Shown here piece after piece: positions 49,905-62,305 of a stretch of 64,000 nt of DNA (the first letter of the stretch is position 1; every line of letters begins with the position of its first letter). The translations under genes were made by a program, and so were the position numbers. A model generated the notes under the pieces. The model was given only the letters and a program-made list of their open reading frames with translations, did not search any database and had not been told where the DNA came from. Origin of the DNA: Lobosporangium transversale (lineage: Eukaryota); the NCBI RefSeq assembly GCF_002105155.1, contig NW_019028988.1, positions 186,001 through 250,000 of the forward strand, read 5' to 3'.

Positions 49905-51952
49905 ATGGCCTACTACGATCCTCTTGCTTATCAACAACTCCAGCTCCAACAGTCACCTGGCTTCAATAACTCGTCTTCCCTTTGGTGAGCATTTTAGCAT
50001 AGTAACCCCTGATTACTTCTGTAATGGCGGGAACAGCAAAAAATAACAACGATGTCAACTGCTGACAACTGCTGTACCTTTGTCTCTTTTTTTTTTTTTT
50101 TTTTTTTTTTTTGTAGGATGGGTGAGCTAGAGCCATGGATGGATGAGAATTGGATCCGAGGAGCATGGTACAGTGCTGGTGAACAGGTTGCGGTGAAAAT
50201 GATTCGCGACAAATATACAGGGTAATAAACGATCTCGAAAAAAAAAAAAAAAAAAAAAAAAAGCTGTTCCTGCTCTATGCAAGATGACAAAGAATATGAT
50301 GGACTGATGCATCTCTTCCTCTCCTTCCTCTTGCTACTATTCATGCTGCTAGAGCTGGCGCTGGATATTGCTTTGTTGAGCTATCTAGCCCAGCAGCGGC
50401 TGCTAAGGCTATTGCAAACCTGAATGGGGTTTTAATTCCTGGTACCAACAAGACTTTCAAGTTGAATTGGGCCACGGGAGGAAATATGACCTCAGCTGTG
50501 TAAGTACATGTATATATATTTGTTACTATGCCAATTGTGTATATTTGCTGCTTGTGTGGCATATTCAGCTCCTATCCATTCCTCTCCCCGGATTGCATAT
50601 TCATAGGGACTGATCAGATCACATTAACTCATTCTTTTTCGTCTTCTCCAGAGGTTCAGGTGTAGGTGCCAATCAAGAGTATTCTCTATTTGTTGGAGAT
50701 CTATCACCTGAGGTGACTGAGTATATCCTCATGGTATGTGCACTATTGTTTCTTAATCTCCCTCCTGTTCTAGAAGGACCTATATATAATAGACTGAGAC
50801 ACAGAGATGCTGCGGAGTTCGGTTCAGGAAAAAAAGGATTGCTTGATGCACATGTATTGAATTATACTTTTCACCTTCTCTGAACACTTTTTGCAGGCTA
50901 CATTCCAGGAGCGATACATGACTTGTAGATCAGCCAAAATCATGACCGATCCTGCAACGGGTGCCTCCAGGGGTAAATTGACCTCATATTTTTATGTAAA
51001 AAGTAAACTAGATAGAACTGAAAGTAATAACACTTGCTTGAACAACTCTTTCATTTCCGATTAGGTTATGGTTTTATCCGATTTGGTGACGAAGCCGAGC
51101 AGCAGCGTGCACTTCACGAGATGCAAGGCGTCTACTGCGGTAGCCGGCCTATCAGAGTATCGGTTGCGACCCCAAAGAATAAAGCTCCTGTACTCAATAT
51201 GAGTGCTAGTAACATGAACGGAAGTATGGGTATGGCACCAATAGGGTATGCGCACACCCACGGTTATATGCCTCTTCAACCCACTAGTCCTCAGCACACC
51301 CATACCCTCAATCAATATACAGACCCCAATAATACTACGGTCTTCGTTGGAGGACTCTCTGGAATAACTCATGAGGACGAGCTCAGGAATATCTTTGCAG
51401 CATATGGTGATATTACTTATGTTAAGATCCCACCAGGCAAAGGATGTGGATTCGTTCAATTCGTGCATAGACAAAGTGCGGAGATGGCCATTAACCAGCT
51501 AAATGGTTACCAAATCGGTAGTTCGCGCGTTCGTTTGTCATGGGGACGTGCTCAGAATGAGCCAAAACCGATGTCGCCACATGGACCTCCAGTGGCATCC
51601 AGCTTCCGGTAAGGAACTGTACTATAAATCAACACTCATACTCTTCACTTGCTATGTTTTCCGTATAATGACGGCTGAACTTATGCTTACAATTGTTACC
51701 TGTGTTAGCCCTCCTATGCATAACCAATACGGCTATGGACACAACAGAGCTACTCCATCTTTTGGCACATTCCCGGGATTTGTACAGAGCTCAATGTTAC
51801 CTGGTCTGATGCAGACACAGTCTTCGCGGGATCCCATGGAGAGAATTCCAGTCGAGCACCAAAATCGCATATTCATGGAGAGAAAGGATGCTCTGATGAC
51901 TCGTATGGATGAAGGCGCTAGCTGGAGAGGATCTGGAGCGATTTACGCCTAG
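49905..51952 (+). CDS. Three-RRM RNA-binding protein of the Nam8/Ngr1/Csx1 (TRNAU1AP-related) family, about 7 exons
   Basis: SLW|MGELEPWMDENWI, AGYCFVE, FKLNWATGG, EYSLFVGDLSPEVTE, AKIMTDPATGASR|GYGFIRF, DPNNTTVFVGGL, KIPPGKGCGFVQF, RVRLSWGR. Confidence 0.92.
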
Positions 51953-52732
51953 TTCTTCAGATGGAAGATCTAACAAACGGATATAGTCCTCCGATTCCCA
52001 GAGCAGCGCAAAACGGTCCATCACATGAGCAGTGAGTTTTTTTATTGTCATCATACATCACATATACACACAAACACGTCCTTTGCATTTTTCATGTTTT
52101 ATTTCCAGGTCTAATTCTTGCTCCTCGCTTCATGTCTTCGTTCTTTTCTTCTTTTTTGTTACTTCATCATATTCTCCAAAAGTCTTGACACTTCCTTGTT
52201 CTTTTGTATCTTTTTTCGTATTTCTTTTTTCTAATCCTGCTCCTACTTTTTTGCTCTGTGAATCACGCCTAATTCTACTACTGCCCTCTCTTGTATAATT
52301 ATGCCCTATCAACTAATCCGTTCCGGTTGCACGTTATGTTTGTCTTTCTTTTTGCATCTATCACATTCTCCCTTTTTTTTGTCTGTATGCAAAGCCTTTG
52401 TCATGCTTTTTCATATGTTTACTCTTCTTTTCTTTTTTTTATTTTTTATTTTTTGTTTTTTTGATCATGTCCCGTATACCACAGCATAACTTTGTCATTT
52501 TTCTTCTTGTAATCAACTACACTTTCTGTCTATATCTGTTGAATAAAAAATCCTTTCGCGAAGTCAACACGTGATAGATCGGGGACCGCTTGTGCGGCTT
52601 AGCATCCTAAACAAATACAATAAAAAAACTGAAAAGGAAGGTTGTGAGCATAAATGAAGCGAGTGGTGTTGCATGTAATGCTTTGCTCTTCCTCTTCGAC
52701 ACATTTCAACAACAACGCCAGTAACCCTTTAA

Positions 52733-53094
52733 ATGTCCGCTGCATCGAAGAACAACGTTGAAGAGGCTCAGCGCAAGGGCGACTTTGCCATCAAGCCAGA
52801 GTCTGCCACTCCTTCACTCAACACAGCTGACTGGCCATTGTTGTTGAAGGTTAGTGTTTATCTCAATGAAAACCAGTTCTCTTTTTTCCAATACTGCAAG
52901 TCAATATTTCGCTGTTTGAAGGTTTCTTTCTGACAAATGGTTTTCTATTACTTGCTTGTCTTTGGTTTTTCTTATTTAGAACTACGATAAACTCAATGTC
53001 CGCACTGGTCATTACACTCCTATCCCTAGCGGATGCTCCCCCTTGAGACGAGAGCTTACTGAGTACATCAGGTAACAATCGATCTACTGAAGGG

Positions 53095-53127
<33 letters not shown>

Positions 53128-54628
53128 ATCTTTTGGGCTAGGTCAGAAGCTAAAAGGCATTGGTCTCTAGGGAAAAGAAGACTTTTAATTGACATTTATT
53201 TTTTTTGCTTCTAACTAAAAAAAAAGGTATGGTGTCATTAACTTGGATAAGCCTGCCAACCCTTCCTCGCACGAAGTTGTCGCTTGGGTCCGTCGTATTC
53301 TTCGTGTTGAAAAAACTGGCCACAGTGGCACACTTGATCCCAAGGTCACTGGATGCTTGATTGTTTGCATTGATCGTGCAACTCGTCTGGTCAAGTCTCA
53401 GCAAGGTGCTGGTAAGGAGTACGTCTGTGTTCTTCGTCTTCACGATGCTATCGAGTCCGAGAAGAAGCTTGCTCAGGTAAAGAAACGAAATAGGCGTGAA
53501 AAATACATTGTTATTCTATTAGTTGTTTTCGGTTTTCTCCTAAGATTGCTCTCTAACTTTTTTTTTTTTTTTTCCTTCTTCTTGATTTATTCATTTTTGG
53601 GCCCTTAGACCCTCGAGACGCTGACGGGTGCTTTGTTTCAGCGTCCTCCTCTTATCTCAGCTGTCAAGCGACAACTTCGTATCCGTACGATTCACCAATC
53701 CAAGCTCATCGAATTTGATAACGATCGTCATCTGGCTGTTTTCTGGGTTGCTTGTGAGGCTGGAACATATATGCGTACGATGTGTGTGCACATGGGCTTA
53801 TTGTTGGGCGTGGGAGGACATATGCAGGAACTTCGCCGTGTTCGTTCAGGACATATGGGAGAGGAAGACGACATTGTGACGATGCATGATGTTTTGGATG
53901 CTCAGTGGATGTATGATAACACCAAGGATGAATCGTACCTTCGTAGGATGGTTCGTCCTTTGGAGACACTGCTGACAACATATAAGCGTGTGGTGGTTAA
54001 GGACAGCGCAGTCAATGCTATTTGCTATGGAGCCAAGCTGATGATTCCTGGCTTGCTTCGTTACGAGTCCGGTATTGAGGTTAACGAGGAGGTGGTGCTG
54101 ATGACTACTAAGGGCGAGGCCATTGCATTGGGTATTGCTCAGATGACTACGGCAGTCATGGCGACTTGCGACCATGGAGTGGTGGCCAAGATCAAGCGTG
54201 TGATCATGGAGCGTGATACCTATCCTCGTCGCTGGGGATTGGGGCCCAAGGCTCAGGAAAAGAAGAAGCTGATTAAGGATGGCAAGCTGGACAAGTACGG
54301 ACGCACGACCGATGCTACACCAGAGAACTGGAAGAAGGGGTATGTTGACTTCAACCGTGAGGACGCTGCTGCTCCCAATGCCGCTGCAATTGCTTCCGCT
54401 GTCTCTAATATTACCGCTTCTGCCAAAGCAGAAGATGACGAGGAAAAGAAGCGCAAGGCTTCTTCCAGTGATTCTGAATCCGAGAAGAAGAAGGAGAAGA
54501 AGAAAGCCAAGACTGAGGAAAAGAAGGAGAAGAAGGAGAAGAAAGACAAGAAGGAGAAGAAGGAGAAGAAGGAGAAGAAGGAGAAGAAGGAAAAGAAGAG
54601 TAAAAAGGAAGATTCAGACTCGGACTAG
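52733..54628 (+). CDS. CBF5: H/ACA snoRNP pseudouridine synthase Cbf5/dyskerin, 4 exons
   Basis: [49 protein letters not shown] (catalytic Asp), [18 protein letters not shown] domain and KKE-repeat tail. Confidence 0.98.
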
Positions 54629-54930
54629 AGCAAATTTTTAAGAAAAAAAAACTCCGTTTGCCCATAAACTACATGCTCTTCTCTTTCTTTCTTGTGTTTT
54701 GCATTTTAATATGTAAATAAAAGGTTGTCCGAGTGGGACGCTGAATTGCGGATTTGTGACTGTCAAAAGTTTAATTTGTTTCTTTGACGCGTCGCAAAAT
54801 TAAGGTATTTGAGGACTACATCTGACTATGTACATATTAAATTTGTGGATGGATAGGATGAAAAGGTGATGAATGGATTAATGAATGTAGGATATTCAAC
54901 TCTATTTTCTATTTTCCTCTCTTTTTTTTT

Positions 54931-57654
54931 TTAATTGCCCGATCCATAACACTTCTCGACGGAATCAGAGTCGTTGCCCCACCAATAAGGCATCTTGATA
55001 ATCTTTGCGCTTCCGAAGCAGATAAAGATGGCCAAGATTGTCAACGACAGACCTGTGTCGGCAGCTGCTCCTACTAGGTAATTGTACTTAACCCATGTCG
55101 CGTGCTTGTAGCGGAAGAAGTAGTACATGCAAAAGAACCCTCCAATGAAGGATGACAGAGGCCCTGTTGAGATGTATCCATAAAAGTTCTCCATGCATGA
55201 AAAGAAGATGGTACTATGCCAGAGATGGAACTTGGCGCGAGGGAATTTCTTGTGTAATAAATACATCAGCACAGGCGCTGCTATGCCTAGTAAGAATCCC
55301 CAGCGAAGAGGACCATAGATCTCATCCCGAAACAGACGAGTAGGACCTACGAGGCCGTATTGGATACCTTGGTTCAAGTAGCTCTGAGGAGCTTGGCCGG
55401 ACCATTGACCTAGAGGATCCTTCTCAGTACCATCGAGGTATGAGCGCTTGGTGTCAATGACCCAGCGGATGACAGCATAATTAATGGGTACTCCAAGCAG
55501 GTTGCCCCAAAGCTGAGACAAGAAAGTAGCTTTGGGACTGACCTTCATATAATGACCAATCTTTTGATCCAGTAAGATACTTTGAGCACGATACCAGCAC
55601 TGGCCAGCAACCACACGATATACGAGTGAACCAACCGGATGAGTTCCAGGCGCCATGTATCCGTAACTAAGATTTAAAAAGCCAGTTATTAGAGCCTTTT
55701 TTTTTTTTTTGTCAAAGCCATGTGATCATTACTATATTTTCACTTACATTAATTCGTTCCAAGTACCAGTGCTGACTTGGTAAGCACTAACAGCGTAGAT
55801 GAAGCCCATGGGCACAACTGTCATGGCACCAAGGATGACACCGATAACGTAGGTCCACCAAGGCAAGTACAAGTCCTGAGTGAAAATCAAGACTAGCATT
55901 GTAGTGAAGCAGCAGGTAAACAATAGGATGTACCACCACAGAGGGACCTCATCATAGGCAGACATCAAAACGTTGAGACGGTCCTTGAACCCATGCGATC
56001 TTCTCTGACGCAAATGTTGAACTGTAGCCCAAATTTTCTTGCGGCCAAACAAGAAGATCTGCACGAACGCTGAGAGGAATGTAGCATAACCAAAGAAGAT
56101 GCCCCAAAGATTATAGGTCGACATGTAGACGTTACCCAATTCATTGAATGCTACCTCATCAAACTTGCCCTCACTGTCAGTTAACTTAGTGAAAGGATAG
56201 GAAGTACCGTTGGATGTGAAAAGACGATTGGACATAAGAGGGAACCTATTACCATTCCAGACACCAGTGAAATGGACAATAGGAATCAAAACCCAGACGG
56301 AAGTGACGAAGGCAACAAAACTGATTACTTGAGTCCACCAAGGGGAGACCATGATCGTGGAAGTAATATTCGACCAATTAAGTGTGAAGTTCAGGAAACC
56401 CATACCGCCAAACCCACTACCGATAAATTTGATAGTGTCATTGTGAGGAGCGAACCAGCAAAGGACCGCCAATGATGAGGTGAATGGGAAAACATATTCG
56501 GGCAAGAATGACCAAAAGAAGACACCGATAAGGACCAACCAGAAAACACGGATTTGCTTCTTGGAATACTCCAGTGAATGACCTTCGGAACGGAGAGTGC
56601 GATAAAGAGCTGTCTGCATCAGTGCAGAAGGCCAGATCAGGTCTGGATCATAAAGTAAGAAGTTACGCCCAATGGCAGCGAACGAATAACCTGTCCACAT
56701 GGTAGCCTATTCTCAAATTCAGAATACATGACATGATATGGAAACGCAGTAACAATGAGATGAGAGGCTTTTTTTTAGATGTTTCACAGGATATGAAAGA
56801 GTAAAAAGATAGGCTAACACGCACCCACATGAGACAGATGGCGGCAAGGGGGTGCATCTGCTCTTTATAAAAGATGTCCTTGACGGACACAATGATCTCT
56901 CCCAAGTTAGAAGTAGCGCCAGCACTCGCACTATAAGTTATACAAAAAAAAAAAAAAAAAAAAAAATCAATCAATCAATCAATCAAGATTTATTGATTGA
57001 TCTGTCTTTTCAACCTCAGCATCCCTATAATTTTTTCTTTCAACTTACGCCAAAGTGATCAGGACGTGTTCCTTGATAGAGAAGGGACCAGGATTAAGGT
57101 TGAACTTGATAAAACCAAGGTTTACGTCCCAAGAAGGCAAGACACGGGCCATTAGGTTACCCAACCAGTAGGACACGATTTGCACAAAGAACATAGAGTA
57201 AGAGGCAGATGTGGTTCTGAACCATGCAATCTGACTGATTACAGCTCCAAGCGAGACAAAGAATGTGCTTAGAACAAAGTAACTGAGGAGGAAAAATGAA
57301 AAGAGAAAATAATTGAGATGAAGTGTCAGAATGCATAATGCTTCGTAAGTGCTTTGATTCATTTCATTACGTTTTCAATGTTTTCGTGTGGCGCTTTTAC
57401 CGAAAGGTAACAGTTGGAAGGGTTGGATCATCTTCCATCGAGACCAGCTCCCGAACGACCTTGGGTACAAGGCGAAGCGATTCCTCGAGCTTCTCCTCCT
57501 CCAAGGAACCGGCATCAGTCTCGATGGCGTTTAGTTCATCCTTGATATCACCCTTATTCTCAGAAGGGAAATGGGGGATGGGGGCAACAGGATCCTCGGC
57601 AACGGGAGGCTTCTCGTCGTGTAATGGAGCGAAAGAGCCCTTTTCTGATGACAT
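54931..57654 (-). CDS. OPT-family oligopeptide/glutathione transporter, 5 exons
   Basis: DDPTLPTVTFR, NLNPGPFSIKEHVLIT, LIWPSALMQTAL, MSAYDEVPLWWY, DQKIGHYMKVSP, WVKYNYLVGAAADTG, YWWGN. Confidence 0.95.
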
Positions 57655-60600
57655 GATCAGTGGATATTATATAAGATATGGTGTAGCTTCCAGGGTCAGC
57701 AAAGAATTAAAGATAGAGGAGAGAGTGGGAGCAAGAGGAAAGTAAAGAGAGCGGCCATGCAACAGTTAAGGGAGAATAGGAACGCCCAACCCTTTGTCGA
57801 AGTCGTCCGAAGGGGTGAGAAAGAGAGCGCGAGAAGTGAAAGAGAAAGTTTTGCGAGTATTTTTAATGCTATTTGAGTGGCGGCAAGCTGCACAAAGCAA
57901 GGAGAGGAAGGGGGGGGATAGCCGTGTTTTATAGCAGATTCAAGGTAAGCACCCATTCCCCCGAAGGTTGAGCGCTAGAACTATGTAGCCCAACTGAAAA
58001 ATGATGAATGAATTGGTCGCAAAGGCGAATCTGCCAATATGCAGTCATTTACTGGATTTGGATTTAGCTGACTTTGAATGAACAGCTCAATTCAGGACGA
58101 GAGAAGAATTGGTTTCTAATGCAGGCTCTAAAACTCTTCATTGCTATTGATAATGCTGCTGCTACTCTTGTTATCCTACCTTCGTGACCAACCCTCGGCA
58201 AAAAAAGAAAAAAAAGAAAAAAAAAAAAATAGAAACAGCACAACACCAAAACAACATAGACATTCTGGTGATGACGGGTGGGGGAATTACGCCCAGCGTG
58301 TGCATCTTGTTTGTACTTCTGTGTCTGCATGGACTATGCTAGGTCATTACACGGCCCAATAACCCTTGCTGACTGAAAATAGCTGTAATACTTGGCCTTG
58401 GCTTCAACCTTTAACGAAAGTGTTGTATTAGTCACTTTCCCTTTTCATCCTGCTCAATAGAATAAAGACAAAAATTTAGATCTATCAAAATGTAAATGAC
58501 ATACTGACATACTGGCTTTGGGTGGAGTAACAATAAGCAATATGTAATACAAAAACTCCGAGCCAACAGCTTCCAATGGTGAGAATATTTGCACATTTTG
58601 CAGAGCTTATAAAAATCTATTTCATTTCGGCAGTAAACCATTGCCACGCATGTATACATGCACACAGTGCACACAATGATTAACAAACCGCTCAACACAT
58701 CAAATCCATTATATTATATATACGGATTTATGCTGCTTCAGTCAAGATCCGAGACGTTTCCCTTCTCTTTTGTTTGCTTGTTTGTTTATTTGTGCTTCGA
58801 GACTCGAACAAAAGACTTTCCTTTATTATTATACTTGCATATCTATTGTACACATGTTATGCATCTTGAACGTCTCGATTATTTGTATGCTTGTTTGTCT
58901 ATTTAATTAGACGTAGTATACATGTGTTTGTTTGTATATTCGGAGCTCTGTATCCAATGAGCGACGTTAATTGCCAATTTTTTTCCCAAGAAAAGCAAAA
59001 AAGCAAACATGAACAAAGGCAACAAACCTGCTGTCTCCTCTTTATCTCACTCTTCGGGGTAAAAAAAAAAAAAAAAAAAAGCAAAGGTGCTCCTTTTTTT
59101 TTATATAGCTTTTAGCCTATGGCGAGATCTGACATTAGTGGTTCTTATTTTACCAAATGCAAGTAAAATGGCGTCAACTCTGTCATTAAATGCACTTCCA
59201 CCTTCTCTCCTTTTTCTTCTTTATTATGCCCGCTATCTATCAGGAAAAAAAAAAAAAAAGCTCACGTCAAAATGCTTTTTTTGCTCCTGTGCTCCCTCCT
59301 TTACATTGGAATAATATGTGTTCTAACACGAAAATAAGTGACACTTGTACAAATATTAAGTAAAAAGCAAAAGAATAAGGAAACCCAATACTGTGATAAA
59401 TTCTCCAAGATGCGAAATTGGGCTTCTACGTTTTTCTTTTCTTTTCTTTTTTTGTTCGTTCATTCATCGCGCGACTTAAAGAAGACTGAGTCGTAATATA
59501 TTTTATTGAAACCATGTGCTGTACATGCATGCTTTAACACCTTAAACTCTATTTTGCGCCGCATTACCAGAGAGATGGGCTAACACATAAAAGAGTCTGA
59601 GCACATCCCATCACGGAATGGCGTCTTTTCACTCTAATTTTATTAAATCCCACTTTGTTTATCGACAACCAATAATATTGTAGTCCTTTTCACATGCTTT
59701 CGTTTGTGCAATGAAGACAAAAGAGGCTAGAAGGCAAAAGGTAAAAAAAAAGTTAGGAGAAGGCTGACAGCATAAACATATCCATCTAAGAGCACTTACG
59801 CAACGTGTTACTCGCCATCATTTGATGCCAGAGACTATTCGGGCACAATGGGAATAAGTGATAATAAGGAATGACAAATAACTACACAAGTTTGCTTCAC
59901 CCTTTCATATTAGGTTGCTTCATCTGTTTAACTTCATATTTACACAATAACAGCGATCAACAAAGTGAACCCTAAATTTACAGTTAAAATGCCTACCACA
60001 AGATCGCGTCATTTTCTCCCACAATGTCCACACTGGGACGGGGAAAATAATATGGTGTAGGCGAGGAATCCATATGAAAGGCAGATAGAATTGCCTCTGG
60101 CAATGAGGAAGCGGGAACCATATTTAAAGAATACAGACACATATAATCCAACGCCTAGATTCCAAGAATTCTTATCGGGTCCTTGATCTCTTATTCCGCC
60201 AAACGGGCAACTCGCGCTCATAAAACCACAAAGAAGTCGCCATATACATAAAATACTTAACCTCTTATTCATCTTATCCTTACCACTATGGATATATAAC
60301 CTGGTATTCTCTTTTGGCAATAAACCTGTGTGGACTGATCATTTCTTTACAACTTATGAGTGACCCCTGTTCGTCTTCAAGCATATTTACGTTACTCTGT
60401 TTTGATCGGGAAGAGAACATGTCTCCATCTCGTAGTGCGTCATGCAATGACTGCTCTATCCATCCTTAAATGTTTTATTCGTGGTGATAAAAACAAAGAG
60501 AGAAGCAGATATCAAAATGCTCTGCACATTTCATAAGTTAGCTAGACATTGGCCACATGTAGTTCGTCTCAGATGCTAACGTACATTGCCACAGCAACGG

Positions 60601-61910
60601 AGGAAAGAAGGAAAGGAGAAGAGTGGTGGGGGCCGATGTAGTTTTCACGTGCCTTTATATCTCGTATCAAGCGTGGCGCACCATGGCAGCGTCAATATCC
60701 CATAACGCCTGATGAAGGGGATTAGAGACATTAAAAAAGCAAGTGCTGCTGAAGGTGGGTGGCACCTTTCTCTTTTTAGATCTAGCAAATGTGATCAACG
60801 TATGCCCAGCCTAAATTGCTCGCGATCGCTATACTTAGCCTAGACCTAGTAAGTACGAGGACCCAAAGAGGCATCTCAGCGTCGCTTTCCATTAAATTAG
60901 TTGCCCGTTTAAAGTTTACCTTACAAGCCAAGGACTATGATTCTCAGCGGTGGTGAGGGCTTCCCTTTGGTCAGATTGTTTTTAGCGCTGATGCAGTGGT
61001 TTGAGATACTGGCTCGCGTGGTGCCATGGAGGAAGACACTTTTAACAAAAGAGTATTTGACGGAGTTTGCACTAAAAAGACAGCGGTGACATTATAATAA
61101 TGCTGGTCAGAGGCACAGGTGATGACGAGCCGCGATGATTGGCATAAGTGTTCCTGTCTTTACATTTACAGGTGGCATTGAAAGGAGAAGGGAAGATGTG
61201 ATCAATGTGTTATTAGTGACACAGGGTTTGCTTTTTGGTGGCAACAGAGGGAAATAATTGGGCACTCGAGCCTCTTTTTTTTTACTCTTTTTTGCCAGTC
61301 ATTCATATCCATCTGAATTAAAGTGTAGTTTCTTTTTTTTTATTACTAAATAGTTGCTTGCTACCTGGCTACCTAGCCTACCTTGTTACATTCCGAATTA
61401 CAAGAGACCAGACTCTTAGCCATCTTGAGAGGTATTTTTTTCTTTATTATCATCCAAAATACTCTCCTAAGATGTTGTCCGGAGCACACCACGTGGAGGT
61501 GATCTGGTATATCGTACTCCTTTAGGTCAGGTCCCATGGCCTTGCAAACACCCGCGCACACATAAACCCATTTACTCATCCCCACCCAGCCGAAGGAGCT
61601 CCACCATCGCATGGCTCATTCAAGAGCCAGCTCAGACAGATACCCGTTCGGACCTACCTTGCATATGCGTTGTTGCTAAATTAAAGAATGCTTTGTGTTA
61701 GTAAGAGTTTTTTTTTAATCAGATTTTTTCTTTTTTTCTTTGGTTTGTTTTTTATCTTCGGTTTTGTTGCATTTTTTTTTTTTAGTTGTTGTTTTTTTTA
61801 TCATTGGAGGTTATTTTTCATCTTAGTTATTTTTTTTTTTTTTTTTTTTTTCAAATCGTTGATTTTTTCTTTTTTTTTTTTTTAATCATTGGAATTTTTT
61901 TAATCGTTGG

Positions 61911-61941
<31 letters not shown>

Positions 61942-62147
61942 TGGAAGCGTTTGTTTTGCCTTGATTGATTGCTCGGCCTTCCTTTGGTTTCGTTCTTTAG
62001 CTGGTGGCGTCGAGCTTTCAGTACCAGTGCCCTGGGCCGTTATGATCTGGAGTTGTTCGAGAAGCCTTGAATATCATCCCCAAGGAGGGGTGGGCTGGCT
62101 ATTTAGCCGTAGAGAAGGTCTGGGCGTTCGACTACGGTAGACTGGCC

Positions 62148-62305
62148 GCTTGTGCGTGACCGTTTGAGCACGACTGTTTGGATACGGCTGTTCGTTTGAG
62201 TGTGGCCATTTGAGTGCGGCTGTTTGAGTGTGGCCATCTGAGTGCAGCTGTTTGAGTACGGCTGTTTGAGTACGGCTGTTCGAGTATGGCTATTTGGGTG
62301 TGGTA
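62148..62305 (+). repeat. 14-bp minisatellite, about 11 diverged copies, consensus GTTTGAGT(A/G)(C/T)GGC(T/C)
   Basis: Units gtttgagcacgact, gtttggatacggct, gtttgagtgtggcc, atttgagtgcggct, gtttgagtgtggcc, atctgagtgcagct, gtttgagtacggct x2, gttcgagtatggct, atttgggtgtggta. Confidence 0.9.

Noticed and set aside
54279..54641. Arg-rich 120-aa overlapping ORF in CBF5
   Set aside because: Alternative-frame reading of the AAG/GAG repeat encoding the KKE tail
58001..58071. Box C (ATGATGA) to box D (CTGA) spacing typical of a C/D snoRNA
   Set aside because: No convincing terminal stem, internal C'/D' boxes or recognisable long rRNA complement; such short motifs are frequent by chance
59168..59630. 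ATGGCGTC motifs upstream of the OPT gene resembling Cys-3/MetR sulfur-regulon sites
   Set aside because: Imperfect palindromes more than 1.5 kb from the ATG; not distinguishable from chance
60330..60350. GATCATTTCT resembling U3 snoRNA box A
   Set aside because: Flanking box A', B, C and D elements are not in place
62148..62305. 14-bp array as a CRISPR or telomeric repeat
   Set aside because: No unique spacers, eukaryotic context, degenerate units and an internal position
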